64,000 nt of DNA from Candidatus Altiarchaeota archaeon (GTDB lineage Archaea > Altiarchaeota > Altiarchaeia > IMC4 > SCGC-AAA252-I15), in contig JAZDMS010000010.1 of NCBI GenBank assembly GCA_043800705.1, positions 96,001-160,000 of the forward strand, given 5' to 3'. Position 1 is the first letter of the stretch, and each line of letters begins with the position of its first letter. The position numbers and the translations under genes were made by a program. Of the stretch, positions 1 to 8,317 are shown piece by piece. The notes beneath the pieces were generated by a model. It did no database searches, had not been told where the DNA came from, and worked only from the letters and a program-made list of their open reading frames with translations.

Positions 1-257
1 TTCGAGGCCCCAAAGAGCCTGAATACAGCATAGGTCGCGGTGTTGAGTACCGCCTGGCCGGGGTAGCCGAGCTCCCCCTGCAGGTAGTAGAGCCTTCCGG
101 TCTCAATCGTCTTCTCCGCGGCGTTGGCTTCGATGACGGAGTCCGTGTGGAAAAGGCCCCCTGCCTGGAAATGGTAGCGGAGGCCGAAGGCGAGAATGAA
201 CAGGACGAATGCCATCTGCAGGTCCCTGTTTCCTGCCAGGGCCTTCCTCATGTCCAT
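1..257 (-). CDS. GT-C fold (ArnT/PMT, GT39-like) membrane glycosyltransferase, N-terminal part, truncated by window edge
   Basis: Manual translation from ATG at 257: MDMRKALAGNRDLQMAFVLFILAFGLRYHFQAGGLFHTDSVIEANAA...; TM helix ending in LR followed by an acidic loop (DS..E); abuts stop of upstream radical SAM gene. Confidence 0.6.
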   Translation of the reverse strand, partial: MDMRKALAGNRDLQMAFVLFILAFGLRYHFQAGGLFHTDSVIEANAAEKTIETGRLYYLQGELGYPGQAVLNTATYAVFRLFGAS

Positions 258-1709
258 CTAACCGTCCCTCGCTGCCAAAGACGCCATATGCCCCCTCAGG
301 ACCGCCGCCGTCCCCCTGATCAGGAGCTTCAGGTCGTGAACGTTCCTGACCGCGGACAGCTTCTTGAATATGAACTTCGGCCTGAAGTAGACCTCCTTCC
401 AGGCGCTCTCGCACATGGCGACTATCTCCTTCGCGGACATGTTCGGGTTCAGAAGCGACGGCTCGCTCATGTCGAACCTCTCCCACTCACCCTCCGGATA
501 GCGGAGCCACCCGCTATTCTTCGCCTCCTCGAACAGCTTCGTCCCCGGATACACGATAGGTATCGAGAACTGGACGGTGTCGACGTCCAACTCCTTGACG
601 AATTCGATGGTCTTGCGCATGTCCTCGCGGTTCTCCCACGGGTAGCCTATCATCACGGTCCCGTGGCGCATGATCCCCGCCTCCTTCGCCGCCTTGAACC
701 CGGCCCTGACCTGCTCCACCGTGTATCCTTTCTGTATCCTCTCCAGCGTTTTCGGGCTTGCGCTTTCCACCCCGAACTTTATGAGCCTGCACCCAGACGA
801 CTTCATAGTCTTCAAAAGCTCGAGGTCGACGTTGTCGACGCGGCCATTGCAGCTCCAAACGACCCTTATACCCCTCTCCTTGATGCCGCTGCAGAAGTCC
901 ATCAGCCACTGGCGGTCGCAGGTGAATGTGTGGTCGTCGAAGAATATCTCCCTGAGCCCGTGCTTGGCGATGACCTCCTGCATCTCGTCAAGGACCCTCT
1001 TCACGCCCCTGAACCTGACCTTGTTCGAATAGAGCATCTGCGGCCACGAACAGAAGGTGCACCTGTACGGGCAGCCGCGTGAGGCCATCATGTACGCGAA
1101 CTCGTCGTGGAGCCTCCACGATTCGTGGTAGTTGCGCCAGGGTATGATCTCCCTGTCGATGAAGGGAAGGCTGTCGAGGTCTTCGAGGAGTTCGTATCTG
1201 CCTGTGTCCATTACCTTGCCGCCTTCGCGGTAGTATGTCCCTGCGGGAAGGGGTGAGCCCTTGTCAAGGTGCCTTGCGAGCTTGAGCATGCTGATGTCGA
1301 AGTCCCCGCCGGTAAGGACGTAGTCGACCTTCGAGTTCTCCAGCGTCTCCCTAGGGAGGACGGAGACGTGGTCCCCGCAGACGGCGACCTTAAGGCCGGG
1401 GAGCCTTTCCTTTATCCTGCCGACTGTCTCCCAGCTTCCCTTTATCGTCGGCGTCTTCGCCTCGTAGACCAAGAGGTCAGGCTTGAATCCCTCGAGGCGC
1501 GAAATAAACTCCTCGTCAGAGAGGGACTCGTAGATGGAGTCGACGAAACCCACGTCGTAGCCTTCGGCCTTCCACTGGGTGACGCCGCTTGCAGGGATCA
1601 TGGGATATATGAGCTCCCTGTCGCCCCTCATCTTCGCGAAACGGTTCTGGCTGACTGTGATATATCCCCTCTCGCTGCGGAAAGGCATGTATGCGAAGAC
1701 CGTCCTCAT
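258..1709 (-). CDS. B12-binding (class B-like) radical SAM protein
   Basis: SRGCPYRCTFC CxxxCxxC motif, N-terminal cobalamin-binding-like domain (VCGDHVSVLP), FGVES and GYPWE motifs. Confidence 0.9.
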   Translation of the reverse strand: MRTVFAYMPFRSERGYITVSQNRFAKMRGDRELIYPMIPASGVTQWKAEGYDVGFVDSIYESLSDEEFISRLEGFKPDLLVYEAKTPTIKGSWETVGRIKERLPGLKVAVCGDHVSVLPRETLENSKVDYVLTGGDFDISMLKLARHLDKGSPLPAGTYYREGGKVMDTGRYELLEDLDSLPFIDREIIPWRNYHESWRLHDEFAYMMASRGCPYRCTFCSWPQMLYSNKVRFRGVKRVLDEMQEVIAKHGLREIFFDDHTFTCDRQWLMDFCSGIKERGIRVVWSCNGRVDNVDLELLKTMKSSGCRLIKFGVESASPKTLERIQKGYTVEQVRAGFKAAKEAGIMRHGTVMIGYPWENREDMRKTIEFVKELDVDTVQFSIPIVYPGTKLFEEAKNSGWLRYPEGEWERFDMSEPSLLNPNMSAKEIVAMCESAWKEVYFRPKFIFKKLSAVRNVHDLKLLIRGTAAVLRGHMASLAARDG

Positions 1710-2668
1710 AGATTCACCCTGCTCACTTTGACCTCCGAATCCCCTCTCTTACCCAGCCCCAGAACCTGCATAAGCAGGCCCCAGACGAAACCTGCCCCGT
1801 ACGACACATGTATCGTCGGATAAAGCAGCCACATAATCGGGAAAATCAACGGTTCCCCTCTCTTGGCCGCGCTCCTGAGGCTTTCCAGGCCGGTGAAGGT
1901 TAAGTATAGCAACAAGGGCATTAAATATGCTGCCGAATCAGAAGCCAGGACGACCGGTGCCGCCGATAACAGATACGCGGCAAAGAGCGACGGCATCGCG
2001 AAAACGGGCTTGAATGAAGTCGGCTGTATGATCATCTGTTCCATCCTCCCGCGGCCGTAGCTCACGTTCTTCCTGATCACCCCCAATATCGTCGACGCCC
2101 TGCTGTGGTAGACCAAGGATCTGGGCTCGTAGATCATCCTGTGACCCTTTGATGCAAGCCTGTTGAAGAACTCGTTCTCCTCGTTGGGGAAGAGATCGGG
2201 TCGTAGGCCGCCCTCATTGAGGTAGACGTCCCTCCTGCATGTGAGGTTGCATAGTACGAGTCTGGTCTCGTCCGCTTCGCATGTGTCCCCTATGGGCTTG
2301 AACCTGTACCTCATCCCCGCCGCGCCGATGTAGGACTCCATCGTGTACCCGAAGCACCGTGCGATGAGGGGGTCGTCTTCCGGCGTTATCATCGGCCCTC
2401 CGACGGCGGCGACACCCTCCTTGCCAAAATGGGGGAGGAAATGCTCCAGTACGTCGGGCGCGACGATGACGTCGTCGTCGAGGAAGTAGACTATATCGCC
2501 CTTCGCCTTCCTCACGGCCTCGTTACGCTGCTTCGAGGGCGAGCGGCCCTGGGCGACGATGACCTCCTTCAGCTTCTTCGGGTAATCTATCCTTCTGATG
2601 GACTTTACGCAGACGTCCGGCTTCAGCCCCGGCCCGATCGGTATGATGAAACTTATCCTGTGCTGCAT
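1706..2668 (-). CDS. Glycosyltransferase family 2 with C-terminal TM helices
   Basis: ISFIIP, RNEAV..AKGDIVYFLDDD (DxD), NEENEF; hydrophobic C-terminus; 4-nt overlap with downstream gene. Confidence 0.88.
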   Translation of the reverse strand: MQHRISFIIPIGPGLKPDVCVKSIRRIDYPKKLKEVIVAQGRSPSKQRNEAVRKAKGDIVYFLDDDVIVAPDVLEHFLPHFGKEGVAAVGGPMITPEDDPLIARCFGYTMESYIGAAGMRYRFKPIGDTCEADETRLVLCNLTCRRDVYLNEGGLRPDLFPNEENEFFNRLASKGHRMIYEPRSLVYHSRASTILGVIRKNVSYGRGRMEQMIIQPTSFKPVFAMPSLFAAYLLSAAPVVLASDSAAYLMPLLLYLTFTGLESLRSAAKRGEPLIFPIMWLLYPTIHVSYGAGFVWGLLMQVLGLGKRGDSEVKVSRVNL

Positions 2669-2692
2669 GCTAATCCGCTATGTTGGATAAGT

Positions 2693-3028
2693 CTAAGGAA
2701 ACCCAGTTTTTATACGCGATGGCGGAACCTGCAAGCACCTGCGGCATATCGCCAAAATGAACATCAGCATCGATATCGCGACCATAGTCTCGGCAGGGAC
2801 TCCGACCGGACGAAGCGCCAACGAGAGGGCCTTCCTTGAGAAAAGGGCCGCAGCGAATGCGCCTAGGGCGGCCAATGCCGCGGCGACCGCGGTGGCGTTC
2901 ACCTCCCCCCGTAATTATGATGGCGAGGAAGGCGTAGCCTGCGCAGGCGGAGAGGACGAGGTCCTGGAAAGCACGAGCGCGAATATCGCTATCCCGACGA
3001 CCGACAGGTACTTCGTGGATATCTTCAT
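2693..3028 (-). pseudogene. Remnant of a lysylphosphatidylglycerol-synthase-TM / flippase-like (UPF0104) membrane protein
   Basis: MKISTKYLSVVGIAIFALVLSR N-terminus, then hydrophobic segments in shifted frames (LVLSACAGYAFLAIII; GVPAETMVAISMLMFILA); far shorter than the family; sits between two GT2 genes. Confidence 0.5.
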
Positions 3029-3036
3029 AAGCAAAC

Positions 3037-3735
3037 CTAGACCGTCAGCCTCAGCCTTATCACAGCGAACGGGTATGCTAGGATGATCCTCCAATTCAGC
3101 TTCGAGGACCCGGACGCCCTCGGATTGAATACGATCGGTATCTCCCTCATCATGAAGCCCGCCTTCTTGCACCTGTAGAGTATCTCCGCGCCCACGGAAT
3201 ATCCGGTCGATATGAAATGGTCCAGGTCGATGGACTTGAGCACATCGGCCCTGTAGCATTTGTACCCCCCGCTCGAGTCCTTTACCGGCAGGCCGAGGAC
3301 GAATATGTTGAAATAGTTGGCGAACTTGGAAAGCAGGTGCTGAATGTGAGCCTTCGTCTTCGTGCCCCCGCCTTCTACGTACCTTGAGCCGACTACGACG
3401 TCGGTGCCTTCGATCCCCCTAAGCATCGCCGGGATGTACTTTGGGTCGTGGCTGAAGTCCGCGTCCATCTCTATCACGACATCGTAGCCGTTTTCGATCG
3501 CATACCTGAATCCGGCCGTCCCAGCGCTCGTGCGCCCGCGGACCCCCTTCCTCGAAAGAAGATGGATCCTCGGCTCCCCCCTCGACATCTCCCGCACGAT
3601 CCCGCCGGTGCCGTCCGGGCTGTCGTCATCCACGACTACGGCCTCGATCCTCCCATCCTGCGAAAGCACCTCCTCCAGGAGCCTGCCAATATTCCCGGCC
3701 TCGTTGTACGTGGGCACCATTGCGATCGGCCTCAT
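3037..3735 (-). CDS. Polyprenol/dolichol-phosphate hexose synthase (DPM1-like GT2)
   Basis: MVPTYNEAGNI, VDDDSPDGT, EMDADFSHDP, VVGSRYVEGG motifs; start trimmed to MRPIAM. Confidence 0.9.
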   Translation of the reverse strand: MRPIAMVPTYNEAGNIGRLLEEVLSQDGRIEAVVVDDDSPDGTGGIVREMSRGEPRIHLLSRKGVRGRTSAGTAGFRYAIENGYDVVIEMDADFSHDPKYIPAMLRGIEGTDVVVGSRYVEGGGTKTKAHIQHLLSKFANYFNIFVLGLPVKDSSGGYKCYRADVLKSIDLDHFISTGYSVGAEILYRCKKAGFMMREIPIVFNPRASGSSKLNWRIILAYPFAVIRLRLTV

Positions 3736-3787
3736 CAGAGAATCATCTGAATCATCGAATAAATATCTATCCGGTACAATACCTACC

Positions 3788-4972
3788 ATGCGGATACTCT
3801 ATCTGACGCGCCAGAGGTTCCTGCCTCCGGAAGACCGGGAGGGCGAGGTCGACAGGAACATCGTGGCCAGGATGGTCTCCCGGGGCCACGAGGTGACCGT
3901 GCTCGCCCCCCATGAGCTCGGCGAGGAAGAGGTCAAGCAGGTGCAGACGAGGCACAACATACGCCTCATACGATTCATCGGCCATGGAGCGTCCCGAAGC
4001 CCGACGGAGAGCCTCTCAGCAGCCGTAACCTTCTGCATCCTCGCCTCCTTCAAGCTCTTGACGATCAGGCTGACGGAAAGATACGACATAGTGTTCCTCT
4101 CGGACGCTCCGGCCGTAAGCCCCGCAATGTTCATTCGAAGGCTGGACGGCAGCCTCTTCGCGATCAACCTGACAGACTTCATCTCCAGGCTGTCAGGTCG
4201 CGGCGGAAAAGGCCTCGGATTCCTGGGCAGGGCGCTATTCAGGCTCGAATGCCTGTCCATCTCGATGTTCGACCTGGCGTTCGCCCCTTCGCCGCAGATG
4301 AAGATGCTCCTTGTCCAAGGAGGGTGTACGCCGAGCAAGTTGCACGTGGCATACAGCGGCGTAGACACATGCCGCTTCAGCGCGCAGTCCGTCGACGACA
4401 AGGATGTCGGCTGGATCAGGATGGAATGCGGCATAGAGCGGAGGATAATCCTATACAACGGATCACTCGAAGGCGGAATATCAGACCGGTTCAAGGCCAT
4501 AGCGGAGGAGGTGCTGAGCGCAAATAACGACGTCACATTCCTGATATTCGGCGAGGGGTCCAGCTACGGCCGCCTCAAGAGCGAGATCCAGTCAGACAAC
4601 GTCAAATTCGTCGGCCCCATGCCGCCGGACCTGTATATGGCCTACGTTTTCGCCGCAAACGCCGGGCTGGTCCTCACTGACGAGTCCTTCGAGAACGAAT
4701 ACCGCGTGCCGCCGCAGATATTCGAGTACCTGTCGATCGGCCTGCCAGTGGCGAGCACCGGTTCCAGGGCGATCAGTGAGCTGTTTCGCGTGCACGACTT
4801 CATCCGTCTATCTGATTCCCCCAAGGAGCTTGCGAATTTCCTCATCGAACTGATAGACCGGCCCAAATCAGACGACGCCGTCAACCTAGTCAGGGAACGC
4901 CACAGCTGGGAGGCCATAGCCACCAACATAACCGAGATAGTCGAGCTGAAAGCCGGAAAGAACAGCATGTGA
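3788..4972 (+). CDS. Glycosyltransferase family 4 (GT-B), divergent
   Basis: MRILYLT, GHEVTVL, SGVDT..F, PPQIFEYLSIGLPVAST, HSWEAIA motifs. Confidence 0.82.
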   Translation: MRILYLTRQRFLPPEDREGEVDRNIVARMVSRGHEVTVLAPHELGEEEVKQVQTRHNIRLIRFIGHGASRSPTESLSAAVTFCILASFKLLTIRLTERYDIVFLSDAPAVSPAMFIRRLDGSLFAINLTDFISRLSGRGGKGLGFLGRALFRLECLSISMFDLAFAPSPQMKMLLVQGGCTPSKLHVAYSGVDTCRFSAQSVDDKDVGWIRMECGIERRIILYNGSLEGGISDRFKAIAEEVLSANNDVTFLIFGEGSSYGRLKSEIQSDNVKFVGPMPPDLYMAYVFAANAGLVLTDESFENEYRVPPQIFEYLSIGLPVASTGSRAISELFRVHDFIRLSDSPKELANFLIELIDRPKSDDAVNLVRERHSWEAIATNITEIVELKAGKNSM

Positions 4973-5141
4973 CTGAGGCTCGAAGCGGAAAAGACTCAGA
5001 AGGGAAGCCGCCCTTTCAGCCGTAATGCGGTTGGAGGGGGTGTGGGCCTACAACCCCCTCCGTGGGTGGTCTAATTACGCATTTACCCCATCAGTAGCTT
5101 AACGTAAGCTATTGACGTATAGTCTAGTACTCCTATATGCG

Positions 5142-5172
5142 TTTAAGTATCTACGTTTCCTAAGGGAAAGTA
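5142..5172 (+). promoter_or_regulatory. TATA-like box followed by an imperfect palindrome (candidate HxlR autoregulatory operator)
   Basis: TTTAAGTA at 5142-5149, then TACGTTTCC-taag-GGAAAGTA immediately before the ATG at 5176. Confidence 0.4.
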
Positions 5173-5175
5173 AGC

Positions 5176-5490
5176 ATGATAAAGAAACCAAAACAGACGG
5201 GCATCCTGGAATTCCTCGCCTCGAAGAAATGGATGCTCCTTGTGCTCACCGAGCTGCACTTCCACGGCACGCAGAGGTTCAGCGAGCTTCTTGAAAACCT
5301 CCGCAACGTCAGCCCGAAGATACTGTCCAAGCGCCTGAAGGAGCTTGAGGAGAGGGGGCTGATAACGAGGCAGCGGTTCAACGAGATCCCCCCCCGCGTC
5401 GAATACACGCTGACCCAGAAGGGCGGCGAGCTGGTCAAGTCATTCAAGGACGTCGGCAAATGGGCGCTCGAATGGGAAAGCGGGCCCTAA
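5176..5490 (+). CDS. HxlR-family winged-helix transcriptional regulator
   Basis: KWMLLVL, RFSEL, VSPKILSKRLKELEERGLITR, PPRVEYTLTQKG. Confidence 0.93.
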   Translation: MIKKPKQTGILEFLASKKWMLLVLTELHFHGTQRFSELLENLRNVSPKILSKRLKELEERGLITRQRFNEIPPRVEYTLTQKGGELVKSFKDVGKWALEWESGP

Positions 5491-6020
5491 CCAAGCGATT
5501 CCAGGACGCAGCGGAATTCCAGAGTCCAATCCTTCTCGCTCACCCTCCTGCCCCCCTTCACCAGCCACCGCCTGATCTCATCGACGTCCACGGAAGAGGT
5601 ATTGTCCGCCTCGAAAACATTCCGGCAACGGCCGACGCTCTCATAGAGTATGATGCCGGAATACTCAGCCTCGATGTTCTCCATCATCTTCTCCCTGGAA
5701 TACCCGCGTTCGCGCATCCTCTCCTGAAGGAGCCTGGGATCGCAGCGCAGGACGAGGATGTGCGTAACATCAAGGAGGTGGCTGACGAGGCCGTCCAAGA
5801 TGACGTTCCCTTGTCCTGCATTTTTCAAATGTGCCCTCAGCCGCTTCACATCCACAATCCTCGTGTCCCTAGCCTCGTCATAGCCCGCTAAGAGCCCGGC
5901 CTCATCGGCCAATTCGTTCAGGCCAATGACCTTTGCGCCGAGGATGGGGCCCAGCCTCCCTGAGAGGGTCGTCTTCCCTGTGCACGGGACACCCGACACT
6001 GCAAGCGCGAAAGGCTTCAT
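5487..6020 (-). CDS. Archaeal adenylate kinase (AK6/Fap7-like)
   Basis: P-loop GVPCTGKTT, VLRCDP..L.ERM..RGYSREK..ENIEAE. Confidence 0.85.
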   Translation of the reverse strand: MKPFALAVSGVPCTGKTTLSGRLGPILGAKVIGLNELADEAGLLAGYDEARDTRIVDVKRLRAHLKNAGQGNVILDGLVSHLLDVTHILVLRCDPRLLQERMRERGYSREKMMENIEAEYSGIILYESVGRCRNVFEADNTSSVDVDEIRRWLVKGGRRVSEKDWTLEFRCVLESLG

Positions 6021-6066
6021 CTCTTTGTAGGCAGATATTTAACCTATTGCATGTATATCTAAAACA

Positions 6067-6411
6067 ATGGCGGATATCAGGTTCAGCCGGGTTCTTGCGG
6101 TGATTCTTCTCCTGCCGCAACTGGCGGCCGCGACGACGATGTCGGACATCATCTGCAGCATCATGGGCCCCATCTTTACGACCCTCTTCGCCGCCGGGGG
6201 GACGCTCGTCGTCATAATGTTCATCTACGGAGGGATAAAATACGTCTACGCCTCCGACGACCCCGGCGGCAGGAAGGAGGCGAAGAACATCTGCATCCAC
6301 ACACTTGTCGCGGGGATACTGATGGTCGTCGCCGTCTCTGCAGTCCGCCTGCTTGGCGCCACCTTCATAACCTACATCTGCCCAAGCATCAGGGCCAGCA
6401 CCGGACTATGA
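6067..6411 (+). CDS. TrbC/VirB2-like pilin paralogue 1
   Basis: Signal peptide ending AAA; two hydrophobic helices joined by YGGIKYVYASDDPGGRKEAK; YICP near C-terminus. Confidence 0.7.
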   Translation: MADIRFSRVLAVILLLPQLAAATTMSDIICSIMGPIFTTLFAAGGTLVVIMFIYGGIKYVYASDDPGGRKEAKNICIHTLVAGILMVVAVSAVRLLGATFITYICPSIRASTGL

Positions 6412-6491
6412 TCTGAATACGGGCCTTCCCCGCACCGTTCACTTTTAACCTCATCCGGTGAATATCATCACATATTCTTCAGAAGTGTTTT

Positions 6492-6875
6492 ATGGAAAAG
6501 TACAATGTTACGGGCGTTTTAAAGGCTTATCGGACTATGCTGACTGTTTTCGTAGTGGCCCAGCTTCTATTCATCATACTGCCCATAAACGCAATGGCGG
6601 GTACCGCAGTCCCGACCGGAACTCTCGCGATGAGGAACACGGTGTGCCGGATCCTCGATGCCATTGAATTCGTGATCACGGCATTGGGCTCAAGCCTAGT
6701 CATCATCATGTTCACCTACGGCGGCCTGAAATACGTGTTCGGAGCCGACGACCCCGGCGCAAGGAAACAGGGAAAGAATACATGTATCCACTCGGTCATC
6801 GGCGGCATAATCATCGTCATCGCGTCCCTGGTCGTGAACATGATCGGCTTCACGGCTGCCATGTCATGTCCCTGA
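6492..6875 (+). CDS. TrbC/VirB2-like pilin paralogue 2
   Basis: Signal ending AMA; YGGLKYVFGADDPGARKQGK; ends SCP. Confidence 0.7.
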   Translation: MEKYNVTGVLKAYRTMLTVFVVAQLLFIILPINAMAGTAVPTGTLAMRNTVCRILDAIEFVITALGSSLVIIMFTYGGLKYVFGADDPGARKQGKNTCIHSVIGGIIIVIASLVVNMIGFTAAMSCP

Positions 6876-6926
6876 GGAGTCTTTCAGCACCGAAGATGTT
6901 CAATCGCCACGGAGGGGTTAGCGAGG

Positions 6927-7274
6927 ATGTTTAACGCGATTAACCGGATGATGGCCCGAAGAAGGCTGGCTTTTTTAATAGTCCCCCTGTCCCTGCTTCC
7001 CTCGATTGCAGACGCCACGGCGATCACGTTCAAACCCCTCGTCTGCACCCTTCTCCTCGAGGTACGGGCCGCAGTCAGGACGGCGGGAGCGTCGTTGGTC
7101 GTGATAATGTTCATCTACGGCGCCGTCAAATACGCGTTCTCGGCAGACGACCCGGGCGGCAGAAAATCCGGCAAAATGACCTGCATACACGCCCTTATAG
7201 GCGGAATACTCATAGTATTGTTCGAGGTCATCCAAACCCTAGTGTCTTTGACCTGGTGGGGGACGTGCCCATGA
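6927..7274 (+). CDS. TrbC/VirB2-like pilin paralogue 3
   Basis: Signal ending ADA; YGAVKYAFSADDPGGRKSGK; ends TCP. Confidence 0.7.
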   Translation: MFNAINRMMARRRLAFLIVPLSLLPSIADATAITFKPLVCTLLLEVRAAVRTAGASLVVIMFIYGAVKYAFSADDPGGRKSGKMTCIHALIGGILIVLFEVIQTLVSLTWWGTCP

Positions 7275-7612
7275 ACCTTAAACAACAGGCGAAACGCGCA
7301 TTGGCGGCGATAATGCTCAGCGGTGCAGCGTCCGCCACATTGACGCCGATCCACGCGGTCCCCTGCGCCGTGATCGAGGCCATGTGGGAGGCAGTAAGGT
7401 CGGTTGCGCCGATGATCTTCGCGATAATGTTCCTCTACGGCGCCGCCAGATACGTCTACTCCGCAGATGATCCGGGCGGAAGGAAGCAGGGGAAGAACAT
7501 CATCATACACGCGATCATAGGGGTGCTGATCATGGGCGTCCTCGTCGCGATCGTCTCGATAATGACTAATTTAGGCGACTTTCCCCTCTGTCCAGGGATC
7601 ACCATCACATGA
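7271..7612 (+). CDS. TrbC/VirB2-like pilin paralogue 4
   Basis: ATGA overlap with paralogue 3; signal ending ASA; YGAARYVYSADDPGGRKQGK; LCP near C-terminus. Confidence 0.7.
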   Translation: MNLKQQAKRALAAIMLSGAASATLTPIHAVPCAVIEAMWEAVRSVAPMIFAIMFLYGAARYVYSADDPGGRKQGKNIIIHAIIGVLIMGVLVAIVSIMTNLGDFPLCPGITIT

Positions 7613-7974
7613 AAACAATTCAAGGGAAACTGATGCGGGCTGCCGCGGCAGGAGCCCTAATGCCCTACGCACTTGCGCAGGCGGTCTCGGCGGCCTATCT
7701 GACTGTGATAAACGGCTTCATATGCTCCCTGATAGGGTCATTCCAGATAATGGGGAACTCCATAGCCATCATAATGTTCGTCTACGGGGGCATAAAGTAC
7801 ATCTACACCGCCGACGACCCGGGCGGCAGGAAACAGGCCATGGGGATATGCGTCGCAGCAATAATCGCGATGATAATCATCCAGGCAGCGAGGGGAGTCA
7901 TAGGGGAGATAGGGCAGATCATAATAACAACCGCAGGATTCGCTGCCGGTTCAGTGGCGGATCCGTGTCCATGA
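7609..7974 (+). CDS. TrbC/VirB2-like pilin paralogue 5
   Basis: ATGA overlap with paralogue 4; signal ending VSA; YGGIKYIYTADDPGGRKQAM; ends PCP. Confidence 0.7.
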   Translation: MKTIQGKLMRAAAAGALMPYALAQAVSAAYLTVINGFICSLIGSFQIMGNSIAIIMFVYGGIKYIYTADDPGGRKQAMGICVAAIIAMIIIQAARGVIGEIGQIIITTAGFAAGSVADPCP

Positions 7975-7978
7975 AAAA

Positions 7979-8311
7979 ATGAAAATGAGAAAAACCTTGT
8001 TGGGGCTGTCGGCGGCGGCGTTTTTTGCACAGTCGGTTTCCGCCACCGCACCCGACGCTGCGACCATAATCAGAAACATCATCTGCACCCTCATACCGGA
8101 GGTCATCAACCTGTCATGGGCGCTGGCGGTCCTGGTCTTCGTATACGGCGGCGCCAAATACGCCCACGCGGCGGACGACCCCGGCGGAAGAAAGCAGGGC
8201 AAGAGCATCGCACTCAATGCCATCATCGGTTTCATAATAATCGCGGCATCCAAGGCAGTGGTTGAGGCAATCGCTTTCGCCGGTGGTACGGGAAACATCT
8301 GCCCGCCTTAG
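7979..8311 (+). CDS. TrbC/VirB2-like pilin paralogue 6
   Basis: Signal ending VSA; YGGAKYAHAADDPGGRKQGK; ends ICPP. Confidence 0.7.
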   Translation: MKMRKTLLGLSAAAFFAQSVSATAPDAATIIRNIICTLIPEVINLSWALAVLVFVYGGAKYAHAADDPGGRKQGKSIALNAIIGFIIIAASKAVVEAIAFAGGTGNICPP

Positions 8312-8317
8312 GCGCAT

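Noticed and set aside
147-1082. 311-aa plus-strand ORF and many similar long antisense or alternate-frame ORFs (e.g. 22925-23815, 49891-51591, 56191-57132)
   Set aside because: They overlap well-supported genes and have no motifs; expected shadow ORFs in GC-rich DNA
6200-8200. Recurring gacgaccccggcggcaggaa-like DNA motif, superficially a CRISPR-like repeat
   Set aside because: It is the conserved DDPGGRK codon block of the pilin paralogues; spacing is several hundred bp, copies are degenerate at third positions, and no cas genes are present
6067-8311. Type IV pilin / archaellin interpretation of the array
   Set aside because: No class III signal (K/R-G followed by a hydrophobic N-terminal helix); signals are SPI-like and the mature proteins have two internal hydrophobic helices
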